64,000 nucleotides of DNA from Candidatus Doudnabacteria bacterium (GTDB lineage: Bacteria > Patescibacteriota > Doudnabacteria > UBA920 > O2-02-FULL-48-8): NCBI GenBank assembly GCA_037200925.1, contig JBBCGO010000001.1, forward strand, positions 447,698 to 511,697, in the 5' to 3' direction. The translations under genes were made by a program, and so were the position numbers. The notes beneath the pieces are model-generated. The model ran no database searches. It had not been told where the DNA came from and saw only the letters and a program-made list of their open reading frames with translations. Shown piece after piece: positions 19,008 to 27,973 of the stretch (position 1 is the first letter of the stretch; each line of letters opens with the position of its first letter).

Positions 19008-19081
19008 TTGAGAGGAGCAGCATGCAGACCGTAGCACTTTTTGCGAAGCAAAAATGCGAAGTGTCTGCCAGTCTGCGACGA
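19008..19081 (+). promoter_or_regulatory. Conserved structured tRNA 5'-leader element, copy B
   Basis: ttgagaggagcagcatgcagaccgtagcactttttgcgaagcaaaaatgcgaagtgtctgc followed by ...ctgcgacga, directly abutting tRNA-Lys. Confidence 0.6.
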
Positions 19082-19157
19082 GGAGTGGTAGCTCAACTGG
19101 TAGAGCAGTTGCCTCTTAAGCAATTGGTTCTGGGTTCGAGTCCCAGCCACTCCACCA
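19082..19157 (+). tRNA. tRNA-Lys (anticodon CTT)
   Basis: Acceptor GGAGTGG/CCACTCC. Anticodon stem GTTGC/GCAAT with loop CTCTTAA. T-arm CTGGG-TTCGAGT-CCCAG. CCA encoded. Confidence 0.9.
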
Positions 19158-19160
19158 CAA

Positions 19161-19197
19161 AAAATCTCATTCATTTTGAATGAGATTTTTTGTTATC
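19161..19197 (+). terminator. Rho-independent terminator after tRNA-Lys
   Basis: 13-bp perfect stem aaaatctcattca/tgaatgagatttt with a 3-nt loop, followed by a T-run. Confidence 0.7.
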
Positions 19198-19218
19198 AAA
19201 ACATAATCAATAGAAATC

Positions 19219-19590
19219 TTATTGCCGAAAACGATAGTATAGCCAAGCTATGACCGCGATCAAACCCAATGTTCCCACGATCAGCAATATCCAATACAGC
19301 AGAACCGGTTCAGTGGATGGGGCAACCAAGTTCACTGCCGGCACGCCGACCGGAACCGGTTGAACCTCGGGCGTGGGGCTTGGTGATGGCGCCGATATTT
19401 GCTTTTGGTCAAGCGCCTGGGTTTGATTGTAAGTGCTGTCAGGGCTATTAACACTCTGGCTGTAGTTTGGCGCTGTGTTTTGCGGGATAGGCTGCAAAGG
19501 CGTGCCTATCGGGACCATGCGGGCGGCAATTGATGGCCTGGCGAAAAACAAAACTGCCAGCAAGATTGAAAAAAATATTTTTTGCTTCAT
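19219..19590 (-). CDS. Secreted Pro-rich protein with a signal peptide and a C-terminal TM anchor
   Basis: N-terminal signal-like KIFFSILLAVLFFA...A. C-terminal LLYWILLIVGTLGLIAVIAWLYY. Confidence 0.45.
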   Translation of the reverse strand: MKQKIFFSILLAVLFFARPSIAARMVPIGTPLQPIPQNTAPNYSQSVNSPDSTYNQTQALDQKQISAPSPSPTPEVQPVPVGVPAVNLVAPSTEPVLLYWILLIVGTLGLIAVIAWLYYRFRQ

Positions 19591-19593
19591 AAA

Positions 19594-20982
19594 TTAATCG
19601 GAGTCCCAGCTTATTTGCTGATAGCCGTTCACGGATAAAGGAAAACTCGGCGGCGGACCGTAGAGAAGATTGGAATCATATACTGTGTTGGTCGTCAAGT
19701 ATCCGGAGAGCAGACCTCCGGCCCCGTTGACCCAGCTCCAGGTCCAGGTGCCGTAGCTTGAGATAGATCCGTAGATCGTGATGGAATTCTTCATATCGCC
19801 CGCAAAATAATACCGCTGCGTGCTGCCGTTTTGCGCGATCATGGCCGCATCAACCTCAAGGTTCGTGGGGGCAAAAAAAGTCACCAGCACATCCTGCTGT
19901 GCGATCAGTCCCAATTCCGAACTGCCGTCTTTCGCGCTGTAAACAAGATTATTCGGGATGAGGATGCTGGGTGCGGTTGGCGCATTATAGGGCAAGCTCG
20001 CTGCTGCCACCATGGCGCGTCCCGCCACAGTCCCCTCAACCCAGGTCCTGTCCTCTACATATATAAGGCCGTTTGTCGGGATCGCCTGAGTGAATTGCAG
20101 GGTCCGGGCATTGTAATCAAGGTCCTCATTGTGCGCAGCGTTATTGACATCATACCCTGTTGCATGAGCTCTCAGGGAAGTTACCTTATAAACGCTTACC
20201 GTGCCAGTGGCATTGAACACAAGCGAGTAGCCCTGAGCGTTTGAAGGCGGCAGATAAATTCCGCCGGCTTGCGCGCCGCTTTTGATGGTCGCCAGATCAG
20301 AGGTAATGGTGGAAAAATCCACGCTCGGCAGAGGGAACTGAAAAAAATTCTTCGTAGCCACAGCAGCTGCTCCCCAAACTCCATTTTCGATTGCAGGACA
20401 AGGAGGAGAACCGGACCAGGCTTGGCAGGTATAGGTCTGCTTGGCGGAAGTGATCGGGGCATTGCCAATCCCGTCAAACCTTATTCCGCCGTTACTGTGC
20501 AGCGCGCCTGATACGCTCTCGGTGGGGCCTATCCAAACGTCGGAATTGGTCAAAAAAGCATATTTGGCCAAAGATGGTATGCCGTACTTCGTGGTAACCG
20601 TACGTTTAACAGAAGGATTTGTCAAAGTGTAAGCTGTGGATTGGATCGTAACTATGGTGGACCCTGCCGGAGGCGGCGTTATGGTCAGGCTGTATCTGCC
20701 GATGACCTGGTTGGTGTCCTTATCCAGATAATCGTGGACATACGGGCCGGGAGAATTAGTGCCGTCTTTGTAATCAACCGGAAAATGAACCAAATGCCAC
20801 TGGTAATAATTGTTCCCCGCCTCCGCGATCTGGAATGCCTGCTCGCGGTTGACCGTCGAACGTATGGCTTTCAGCTCATAAACCGAATAGCTTATCACTG
20901 AAACCATGAGTGTTGAAAAAATGAAAATGATCACGAGCTCGTAAATGATCACAACGCCGGATTGATTCGTCTTTTTGTTCAT
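19594..20982 (-). CDS. PilX-like type IV pilus minor pilin/assembly protein
   Basis: N-terminal TM followed by REQAFQIAEAG (PilX_N-like). Confidence 0.6.
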   Translation of the reverse strand: MNKKTNQSGVVIIYELVIIFIFSTLMVSVISYSVYELKAIRSTVNREQAFQIAEAGNNYYQWHLVHFPVDYKDGTNSPGPYVHDYLDKDTNQVIGRYSLTITPPPAGSTIVTIQSTAYTLTNPSVKRTVTTKYGIPSLAKYAFLTNSDVWIGPTESVSGALHSNGGIRFDGIGNAPITSAKQTYTCQAWSGSPPCPAIENGVWGAAAVATKNFFQFPLPSVDFSTITSDLATIKSGAQAGGIYLPPSNAQGYSLVFNATGTVSVYKVTSLRAHATGYDVNNAAHNEDLDYNARTLQFTQAIPTNGLIYVEDRTWVEGTVAGRAMVAAASLPYNAPTAPSILIPNNLVYSAKDGSSELGLIAQQDVLVTFFAPTNLEVDAAMIAQNGSTQRYYFAGDMKNSITIYGSISSYGTWTWSWVNGAGGLLSGYLTTNTVYDSNLLYGPPPSFPLSVNGYQQISWDSD

Positions 20983-21652
20983 CAGCTTCCTAAATTAGTT
21001 TTAAGATTGCGGATCGCCCCGCTGGCCGTTTCGGTATAGGTTCCGCTGGATCCTACCCCGGCCTTTTTAAATATGGTCAAATTGATCTTGACCAGTTTGA
21101 CGGCTGTGACATTCAGCGGCTGGACCAAAGGATTTTCAACCACTCCGGAATATGTGCCGTCATAATAATAGAAAATCGGATTTGCGCCGTTAGCCACATC
21201 TTTCTGTACCAAATTCACAGTTTCACCGCCAAGATTATAGAGCAAAGGATTTCCGGTAGGCTTGGTGACTCCTTTATACAAAGCACCGGCTTGGAGGAAA
21301 TACCGGATCCGGTTGACGCTGCCTGCCGCATTTGGAGGAAATACCGGATCCGGTTGACGCTGCCTGCCGCATTGGTATAAAAGATCAGCTGTTGAGCTGT
21401 CGCTGATTCCAGCGCGTATCCTCCGGTGTCTGAAGTTGTGGCATCGCGCAATTCCTGGATCAGCGTAAAAGCTACGCGGCGGGCGCTGTCATTATTGGCA
21501 AGCAAACTTCCTTGCAGCGAGCTGTTCACAAGCACAGAGGAAACCAAGGCTACTATCCCGTAAGCGATGATGGAAAAAATTGCAACGGAAATCATCACTT
21601 CTATCAGCGTGAATCCCTTTTCTTGTTCTCTGTTGGATGTTATCTGTTTCAT
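20982..21652 (-). pseudogene. Type IV minor pilin gene (prepilin N-terminus KGFTLIEVMISVAIF), split into ORFs 21215..21652 and 20982..21281 by a 41-bp tandem duplication
   Basis: Deleting one 41-nt unit puts the two ORFs into the same frame (21652-41=21611, same residue mod 3 as 21281). Confidence 0.6.
21291..21372. repeat. Perfect 41-bp tandem direct duplication (2 copies: 21291-21331 and 21332-21372)
   Basis: ttggaggaaataccggatccggttgacgctgcctgccgcat appears twice, head to tail. Confidence 0.95.
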
Positions 21653-21654
21653 GC

Positions 21655-24084
21655 TTACGGGCTCATCAATACCTGGATCGACTGATTACCAGAAATATTA
21701 AGACTGTTCACCGAGAATGGCTGATAACCTGGTAGTGTCACGTCCAAACTATAATTATTGTCAGCGGTTAACCCGCCAAAGCTTGTTTGTCCGGGGGTTG
21801 CGCAGCCGGAAACATAATTGATCGCAACACTTGTCAAAACCGGAGTTTGCAGGCTATCAGTCGTGGCCAGAAATGCTTTATACCGGATATAGCGGTCGTT
21901 ATTGTGAATGCTTGCAATGTTGGTTCCTGAAACGGTGTAGTAAGTTCCTGCCGTGCCGTCAGGCCCCATAAAATTCCAAGTGGCGTTATCGGAATTACTG
22001 GCGATCTGGAACTTGAGGCTGGTTGCCGGGTTTTGGGAAGTCGGGTTCCAGGTCAGAGTGGTAAAATTTGAAGCGCCGCCGGTATCGAACGTGGAAGAAA
22101 CCACTTGCCCGGAAGCTACATAATTCCCTGAAATATTTTTCAATCTGATCCCGGTCGGCAGAGAGCTGTTGTCAATATTTCCGTCATCGGCAAAGTAGCG
22201 GGTCGCAGCCGCAAAATCAGTCTGCCCCGGTCCGCCCGTCCAGTCGCTTTGCACCCAAACGCTGCCGCCCGTGGTCCCGTTAAAATCCTGAGGAGTCGCG
22301 CCGCCTCTGTGCAAATGCACACCCGCCCCTGCAAGCGCATTGCCCGTGCCTGAATCCTTTACGATCACCAAAAGGCTGTTCGCAGTCTGAGTTCCCAGGA
22401 TCATGGTGAACGTCTGGTTGGCTGCCGGCAGCACGCTGATCTGCTGGATGGGCGAAGTGCCGACTACCATCAGATTCTGGCCGGTAAGCAGGGTCGGGGT
22501 GTAGTTGTCCCATTCCAAATTATTCAGAGCGATCAATCCTGCCGAAGAAGTCAGGTTATTGTTGTATTTCAGAACATTCGGGGTAAGGCCGATCAATTTT
22601 GCCCCTGTCAGGTTTACTCCGACATTGCTTAGCGCGCTGCAGGTGGAAGGACCGCTGGCACCGAGGGTAATGGTATCGGTGTCCAATGTCACAGCGCCGT
22701 TGCGTGCGAGCATCCGGCCGCTAACATTGACGCCGGTCGTAACTGTAATGGATGTTAAGGCCAGGACATTTCCTGCGAAGTTGGAAAAAGTTCCAAACGT
22801 TGCTGAACTGCCGACCTGCCAGAAAACATTGCAAGCCTGAGCGCCGTTTATGAGACTGACGCTGCTCGCCCCTGCCGTGATAAGGGTTGATGCAGCTTTG
22901 AAAATAAACACCGCATTCGGATCGCCTTGGGCATTAAGCGTCAGAGTTCCGGTGATCCCAAAAGTTCCGGAAGCGGAATCATATACCCCTGCTGTCTCTG
23001 TAGTTCCGCCAAGTTCTGTGGGAATTGTAGAAGTAGTAGATTGTCCTGCAGCATTATTATAGGCTGCGACGAGGTCTGTTTTCGCTTGAGCAGCCGTTGA
23101 ATCAGCCACATGCTGTGCCCCATTGACCGTGCCGGGGGGAAAGCCGGTAACTGAAGTGCCGGGACTTAAGCCCAGATCCCCGTTGATGCCGCTGGAACCG
23201 GTATTGGTTATGGTCGAGCCGGCCAAAACCGCAAAACTGCCGGCAGTTCCCAGATTTACTTGCGCAGCGCCGCAGGTGGAACCGGTGGCGCCGAGGGTCT
23301 TGATGGTAAGTTTGCTGAACAGATCAATAGAAAAACTGACTAACGTCACCTGGCTGTTGACTATAGTCGGGTCAGGTTTGGTCGGGTTGGGATTCGCTAC
23401 CGTTATCGGGTAAGTCTGGTCGGTAGAGTATCCTGCTTTCGTTACTACAATATGATAGATGTTCACTCCGGGGGGCAAGCCAACTTCCACCCAGTTGCCG
23501 GATGAATCAGTAGTGCGGTCGAGGATTATTGTTCCGGCAATGTTCTGGATATGGACGGATGCTCCGGCAATTGGTTGTCCTGTTGCGTCAAAAGCTTTGA
23601 TCCAAAGCGCGCCGGCATTGACAGTGCCTTCGAGACCAAAAGGGGTGATGTTGCTTGAAAAAGATCTGACCACACCGGTAGTCATATTTTGTATGTTCAG
23701 CTTCACCTGTTTATAATCATCCGGAGCGGCATCAGTGCCCAAAAGAACCGTGCCATCTGCCGGATCATCCACAAAAGTCACTTCATAATAGACCTGATAA
23801 TTAATACCTTCGATGACGATTGTCGCGGGCGTTACGTCATCGGGCAAAACACCAATCGGATTGCCGTGCGCTGTTCCGACCTGGCTATAAGCCAGGTTTC
23901 TGACCACTTCCAGATAATTGGTTGCAAGGCTCGCTATCGTAGTTTGTTCCCGGGAGGCCCGAACGCTCCTTGTCATAACCGAAACAAGACCGATCACTCC
24001 GACCAGCAGAACCGCAAATATGGCTATCGCCACCACCATCTCAATTATCGTAAATCCGTAGCTATTTTTTTTAAATTTAAGCAT
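21655..24084 (-). CDS. Large type IV pilin-like protein (809 aa) with an ice-binding-like DUF3494 domain
   Basis: Prepilin N-terminus YGFTIIEMVVAIAIF. Central SFAVLAGSTITNTGSSGINGDLGLSPGTSVTGFPPGTVNGAQHVADSTAAQAKTDLVAAYNNAAG matches the DUF3494 signature. Confidence 0.75.
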   Translation of the reverse strand: MLKFKKNSYGFTIIEMVVAIAIFAVLLVGVIGLVSVMTRSVRASREQTTIASLATNYLEVVRNLAYSQVGTAHGNPIGVLPDDVTPATIVIEGINYQVYYEVTFVDDPADGTVLLGTDAAPDDYKQVKLNIQNMTTGVVRSFSSNITPFGLEGTVNAGALWIKAFDATGQPIAGASVHIQNIAGTIILDRTTDSSGNWVEVGLPPGVNIYHIVVTKAGYSTDQTYPITVANPNPTKPDPTIVNSQVTLVSFSIDLFSKLTIKTLGATGSTCGAAQVNLGTAGSFAVLAGSTITNTGSSGINGDLGLSPGTSVTGFPPGTVNGAQHVADSTAAQAKTDLVAAYNNAAGQSTTSTIPTELGGTTETAGVYDSASGTFGITGTLTLNAQGDPNAVFIFKAASTLITAGASSVSLINGAQACNVFWQVGSSATFGTFSNFAGNVLALTSITVTTGVNVSGRMLARNGAVTLDTDTITLGASGPSTCSALSNVGVNLTGAKLIGLTPNVLKYNNNLTSSAGLIALNNLEWDNYTPTLLTGQNLMVVGTSPIQQISVLPAANQTFTMILGTQTANSLLVIVKDSGTGNALAGAGVHLHRGGATPQDFNGTTGGSVWVQSDWTGGPGQTDFAAATRYFADDGNIDNSSLPTGIRLKNISGNYVASGQVVSSTFDTGGASNFTTLTWNPTSQNPATSLKFQIASNSDNATWNFMGPDGTAGTYYTVSGTNIASIHNNDRYIRYKAFLATTDSLQTPVLTSVAINYVSGCATPGQTSFGGLTADNNYSLDVTLPGYQPFSVNSLNISGNQSIQVLMSP

Positions 24085-24089
24085 TATGT

Positions 24090-24434
24090 TTAAGGCGAAT
24101 ATTTGAAGGGGTCGGGGTTGGTCAGCGTCAGGCCTGCGGGCTGGAAGCTGTCCAATGCATCAAGGAACTTGGAGACGTCGCTTAGTGAAGTGCGGTTGAT
24201 TCTGACAATGCTGTTATTTTCCGAGACCTGCGGCTGAGGCGATAATTTGGTGTACAGCAAAAAGTAAGCCAGGTAGGCCTCGATCAGGATCACCACGACC
24301 AGGATCAGGGTGGTAACCATGCGGATGCTGATTTTTTTGGGTAAAGCAAGTTTCATATCAGGGCTTGGGTCTCTGTACAAAAAATACGGCATTAATAGCG
24401 CCTGTAAGATCCCCCGAGTGGACGACCTCTCCAC
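24090..24434 (-). CDS. Small membrane protein in the pilus operon. Probable start at MKLALPKK, near 24357.
   Basis: TM segment TTLILVVVILIEAYLAYFLLY. Overlaps the upstream pilO-like ORF. Confidence 0.4.
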   Translation of the reverse strand: MERSSTRGILQALLMPYFLYRDPSPDMKLALPKKISIRMVTTLILVVVILIEAYLAYFLLYTKLSPQPQVSENNSIVRINRTSLSDVSKFLDALDSFQPAGLTLTNPDPFKYSP

Positions 24435-24969
24435 TGCCTGCGGTAGCGGTATCAGAGGTAGCGGCGCTGACGGTAAGTTTGCTGACCTCGGAAAAATTCG
24501 GCAGGTGCTCTATATATTGAAGGAAAGTGACCAGAGAGGTGAATGTGGATGAAATACTGACCGTGTAAGGGATCTCTTCTATGTCCGGGTTCCCCGTTAT
24601 GATCTGCTTGGCCGTGGTATCCAAGGTCTGGTCCGTCGAATTCAGGGGTTCCTGGATCGTCATCCCTTCCTCGGTATTGGATGCCAGCGCCGCGGCCTCG
24701 ACCTCCTGTATCGCCGTCTGCAGATTGTCGCGCGGCAAAATGCTGTTTTGGATCTTGTCGGTATTGGAAACCGCGCTCAGATCCGATTGGGAATTCTTAT
24801 AGGCTATGATCTGGTCCGAAAGATTATTCAGCTGCGTCTGTTTTGCTATGCCGGCATTATACAGATCGCCGACCTGATTCAAATTCGGGCGGATGAGAAA
24901 AGCAAAGATAATGACGCTGACAATAAAGCCGCCGACTGAAATTAAAATCAATTTGGTGAAAATTCTCAT
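24358..24969 (-). CDS. pilO: PilO-like pilus assembly protein
   Basis: N-terminal TM plus coiled-coil architecture. Position between pilN and the pilins. Confidence 0.55.
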   Translation of the reverse strand: MRIFTKLILISVGGFIVSVIIFAFLIRPNLNQVGDLYNAGIAKQTQLNNLSDQIIAYKNSQSDLSAVSNTDKIQNSILPRDNLQTAIQEVEAAALASNTEEGMTIQEPLNSTDQTLDTTAKQIITGNPDIEEIPYTVSISSTFTSLVTFLQYIEHLPNFSEVSKLTVSAATSDTATAGSGEVVHSGDLTGAINAVFFVQRPKP

Positions 24970-25523
24970 GGGCTGTTGATCTTGTCGTTGTTTACAAAAA
25001 AAGTAAAAGTAAAATTGGCGGTTGTGGCCCGCTCAAGGTTTGAAAGCGGAAAATTTATGCCGTGAAAAAAACCTGATTTTATTATGCTGGTCCAAAGCGC
25101 AATCACATCTTCGCGCGTTTTGGCTTGGCCCGCGATATCAACCCTCCCCGTTTCCCGGTCAAGGATTATCTGGTTCAGCTGAACAGTCGTGGGAGTCAGG
25201 TTCGCCAGAGCGATCAGGGCGTTTGACCAGTAGTAATGATGGGATTTAAGATTATTGATCTCTTTGACGCTGTTGTTCAAAGCCAAAACCTTGTCCTGCA
25301 GGCCCTTATAGTCAGCGGAATTAAGAATAGCCATGTTTTGAGCGATCTGATCGTCCGTCTGAGAATTGCTTCTCATAAGATAGATCCTGGTTCCCACCGC
25401 CAGCCCCAAAAAAACCAGCAGGCTTAGCGTAAGCCATGTCCAAAACATGAACAGCCTGCCGAACAGGAACTCAAATGTGACTTCTTTTTGCGCGTCTTGG
25501 GGCAGGAGGTTGATTATTTTCAT
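24966..25523 (-). CDS. pilN: PilN fimbrial assembly protein
   Basis: N-terminal INLLP motif plus TM. Confidence 0.7.
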   Translation of the reverse strand: MKIINLLPQDAQKEVTFEFLFGRLFMFWTWLTLSLLVFLGLAVGTRIYLMRSNSQTDDQIAQNMAILNSADYKGLQDKVLALNNSVKEINNLKSHHYYWSNALIALANLTPTTVQLNQIILDRETGRVDIAGQAKTREDVIALWTSIIKSGFFHGINFPLSNLERATTANFTFTFFVNNDKINSP

Positions 25524-26608
25524 ATGCTGTATTCGTTAAAGTTGACTCCGCGCAAAGCCAGGCCGATGACCGTGGTGTAGCCTAAGGCGGAAAGCCGGTC
25601 AAGCGGTACTGGGATCTTCGGGTCAACTGCAACATTCGCCCACGGATCGGCCAGAATGACTTTGGCCGCAGAGCGGACCGACCCGAGGTTCAGCCGGTCG
25701 GAAATATATTCGGCAATTCCGGTCAATTTAGCCGAGCCTCCGCAGAGCAGGATCGTATCAATGCTTTTGTGGGTTGTTTCGTGTTCTTCAAAGAACCTGA
25801 TGACATTTTTTATCTCATCCACGAGGTTGTCCAGGATCGGCAGGATCGCTTTGCGCACTTCCAGCCCTTTGTCGCCGGTCAAACCCAGCTCCTGTTTCAT
25901 TTTTTCGGCTTGCGGCGCCGTGACTCCGAGATTTCTGGAAATGCTTTCCGTAAACGCGTTGCCGGCGATCGGAATGCTGGAAGTGTACTGGATGATCCCG
26001 TTGTCCACGATGATAAAACTGGTCAGCTTGGTTGCCGGGTCCACGATCAAAACGCTTTTGGTCGCAAGGTCTCGGCTGATCAGAGCTCTGGCCGTCGCCT
26101 GCGACTCCAGCTCCATGGCCACCGGCACGAGTTTGGCTTTTCTAAGCGAAGAAACAAGCGCGTCTATATAATCTTTGGGAGTGGCGTGCGCCAAAACCTC
26201 AAGTTTGTCTCCCCCATCCTTGATGATCTGCCAGTCAAGGTAAACCTGGTCCACAGGCACCGGAATATCCTGTTCAAGTTCGAACGGGAGCGCGGTCCCG
26301 ATCTCGCTTTCCGCCATTTTGGGAATTGTCAGGGTGCGCACAAATGATTTGGCTTCCGGAACGGAACAGACCACGAACTTGGTGTCTATCTTGCGCGCCG
26401 CCGCAATCGCGCGGAGGATATTGTCCGCCAGCCGGTCTTCGCTGATGATCATGTGATTATTGACCACCTGTTCGGACAGCGGGGAATCGGTAAAAGGTAT
26501 TGACGCCAAACGGCCGTGCGCATAGACCAGCTGCATGACTTTGATGGAAGAATCGGAAATATCCAGGCCGAATGCTTTGATTTTTTTACTGCTCAAAAAT
26601 GAGAACAT
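25520..26608 (-). CDS. pilM: PilM actin-like pilus assembly protein
   Basis: Actin/FtsA-like fold motifs. Operon position. Confidence 0.8.
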   Translation of the reverse strand: MFSFLSSKKIKAFGLDISDSSIKVMQLVYAHGRLASIPFTDSPLSEQVVNNHMIISEDRLADNILRAIAAARKIDTKFVVCSVPEAKSFVRTLTIPKMAESEIGTALPFELEQDIPVPVDQVYLDWQIIKDGGDKLEVLAHATPKDYIDALVSSLRKAKLVPVAMELESQATARALISRDLATKSVLIVDPATKLTSFIIVDNGIIQYTSSIPIAGNAFTESISRNLGVTAPQAEKMKQELGLTGDKGLEVRKAILPILDNLVDEIKNVIRFFEEHETTHKSIDTILLCGGSAKLTGIAEYISDRLNLGSVRSAAKVILADPWANVAVDPKIPVPLDRLSALGYTTVIGLALRGVNFNEYSI

Positions 26609-26656
26609 TTTATTTCAGGATCAAACGATGACTTGTAGAAATTATAGCACTTAATA

Positions 26657-27868
26657 TTAACTTATGCTTGAACTAATATTGTAGATCGGCATGATCAAAG
26701 CCACGGCCAAAAATCCGACCGCTACCCCCATGACCATCATGATCAGCGGCTCCAGAATTGACGACAGGTTTTTCATGGTCTGGTCCACTTCCTGCTCGTA
26801 AAAATTCGCCACTTCCTCAAGCACCACGTCCGTGGTGCCCGATTCCTCCCCGACTTCCATCATCTGGATCACCAGGTTGGAAAATAATTTCGGCTCTTTT
26901 TTGAATGCCGTTGTCAAAGGAGAGCCGATCTTCACTTTTGACGCCGCATCAAGAATGGTCCGTTGGTAATAAATATTGCCGACGACGTTCGAAGAAACTT
27001 CCAGCGCCTCGACGATGGTCATGCCGCTTTTGATCAGCGATGCGAACACGCGGACAAACCTCGCCAGATTGATCTTGATCACAATGCCGGAAATCACCGG
27101 GGTATAAAGCACTAATTTGTGAAGAACTTTTTTGCCGCCCATGGTCGAGCGCCAGTAAAAAAACCCGGCCACGGCCAGAACGGTGCCCAATAAAATAAAT
27201 ATGCCGTAGTGGGCAAAAACATCGACGAGCCCGATGACGATCCTCGTCGGGAGCGGCAATACGACGTTCAGGTCCGTAAATGTCGAGGTCAGTTTCGGCA
27301 GGACAAAGGTCAGCATCAGATAGCCGACAATGGCCAAAGCGATCAGGACCATGATCGGATAGGTCAGGGCTCCCCGGGCTTTGGAAACCAGGTCATAATC
27401 CCTCTGCATCTGCTCGGCCAGATATGTCAGATTTTGTTCGAGGTTGCCCGACATTTCCCCGGCCCGCACCATGCTCACGAAAATTCCGGAAAATACATTG
27501 GGGTATTTCGCCATGGCATCGGCCAGTGAAGTGCCGCTCTCAACCTGCGCAGCAACCTCGTTCACGATCTTGGCAAACCTCGGATTGGGCGTCTGTGCGG
27601 CCAGGACCTTCAGCGACCTGGTGGCCGGAAGACCCGCCTTGATCATGACCCCGAGATTTTTGATGAACGTGATGCGGTCAATGAGTTTGATGGGGCGGAA
27701 GATCTGGAACAAATGGCCGATATCAAAAGCCTGGTGAACCGCCTTGATCGATGTCGGCAGCAGGCCCTGGGCGCGCAAAGCGTCAACCACAGCCCGTTCG
27801 TTCATGGCCTGCATTATGTCTTTTTGGATGACGCCCGCTTTATTCCGGGCGGTGTATTGGAAATCCAT
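26657..27868 (-). CDS. pilC: Type IV pilus platform protein PilC (GspF family)
   Basis: Two GspF repeats. Three TM segments. Confidence 0.85.
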   Translation of the reverse strand: MDFQYTARNKAGVIQKDIMQAMNERAVVDALRAQGLLPTSIKAVHQAFDIGHLFQIFRPIKLIDRITFIKNLGVMIKAGLPATRSLKVLAAQTPNPRFAKIVNEVAAQVESGTSLADAMAKYPNVFSGIFVSMVRAGEMSGNLEQNLTYLAEQMQRDYDLVSKARGALTYPIMVLIALAIVGYLMLTFVLPKLTSTFTDLNVVLPLPTRIVIGLVDVFAHYGIFILLGTVLAVAGFFYWRSTMGGKKVLHKLVLYTPVISGIVIKINLARFVRVFASLIKSGMTIVEALEVSSNVVGNIYYQRTILDAASKVKIGSPLTTAFKKEPKLFSNLVIQMMEVGEESGTTDVVLEEVANFYEQEVDQTMKNLSSILEPLIMMVMGVAVGFLAVALIMPIYNISSSIS

Positions 27869-27875
27869 ATCAGGA

Positions 27876-27909
27876 AATTTCTAAATTACTAAAATTCCAA
27901 GTTCTAAAT
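27876..27909 (-). promoter_or_regulatory. Conserved 34-nt element, 7 nt upstream of the pilC ATG
   Basis: aatttctaaattactaaaattccaagttctaaat (plus-strand reading). About 30/34 identical to 29732..29764 upstream of pilB. Confidence 0.5.
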
Positions 27910-27973
27910 TTTTGTTGATTAGGCATTAGTAATTTTTTAGAAATTATAATTTCAGAACTTCAGTCATTTTTTT

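Noticed and set aside
18971-19174. 67-aa minus-strand ORF
   Set aside because: It overlaps tRNA-Lys and its terminator on the opposite strand.
22140-24093. Multiple plus- and minus-strand ORFs inside the large pilin gene
   Set aside because: They are alternative-frame or antisense ORFs of the Thr/Gly-rich low-complexity pilin coding sequence.
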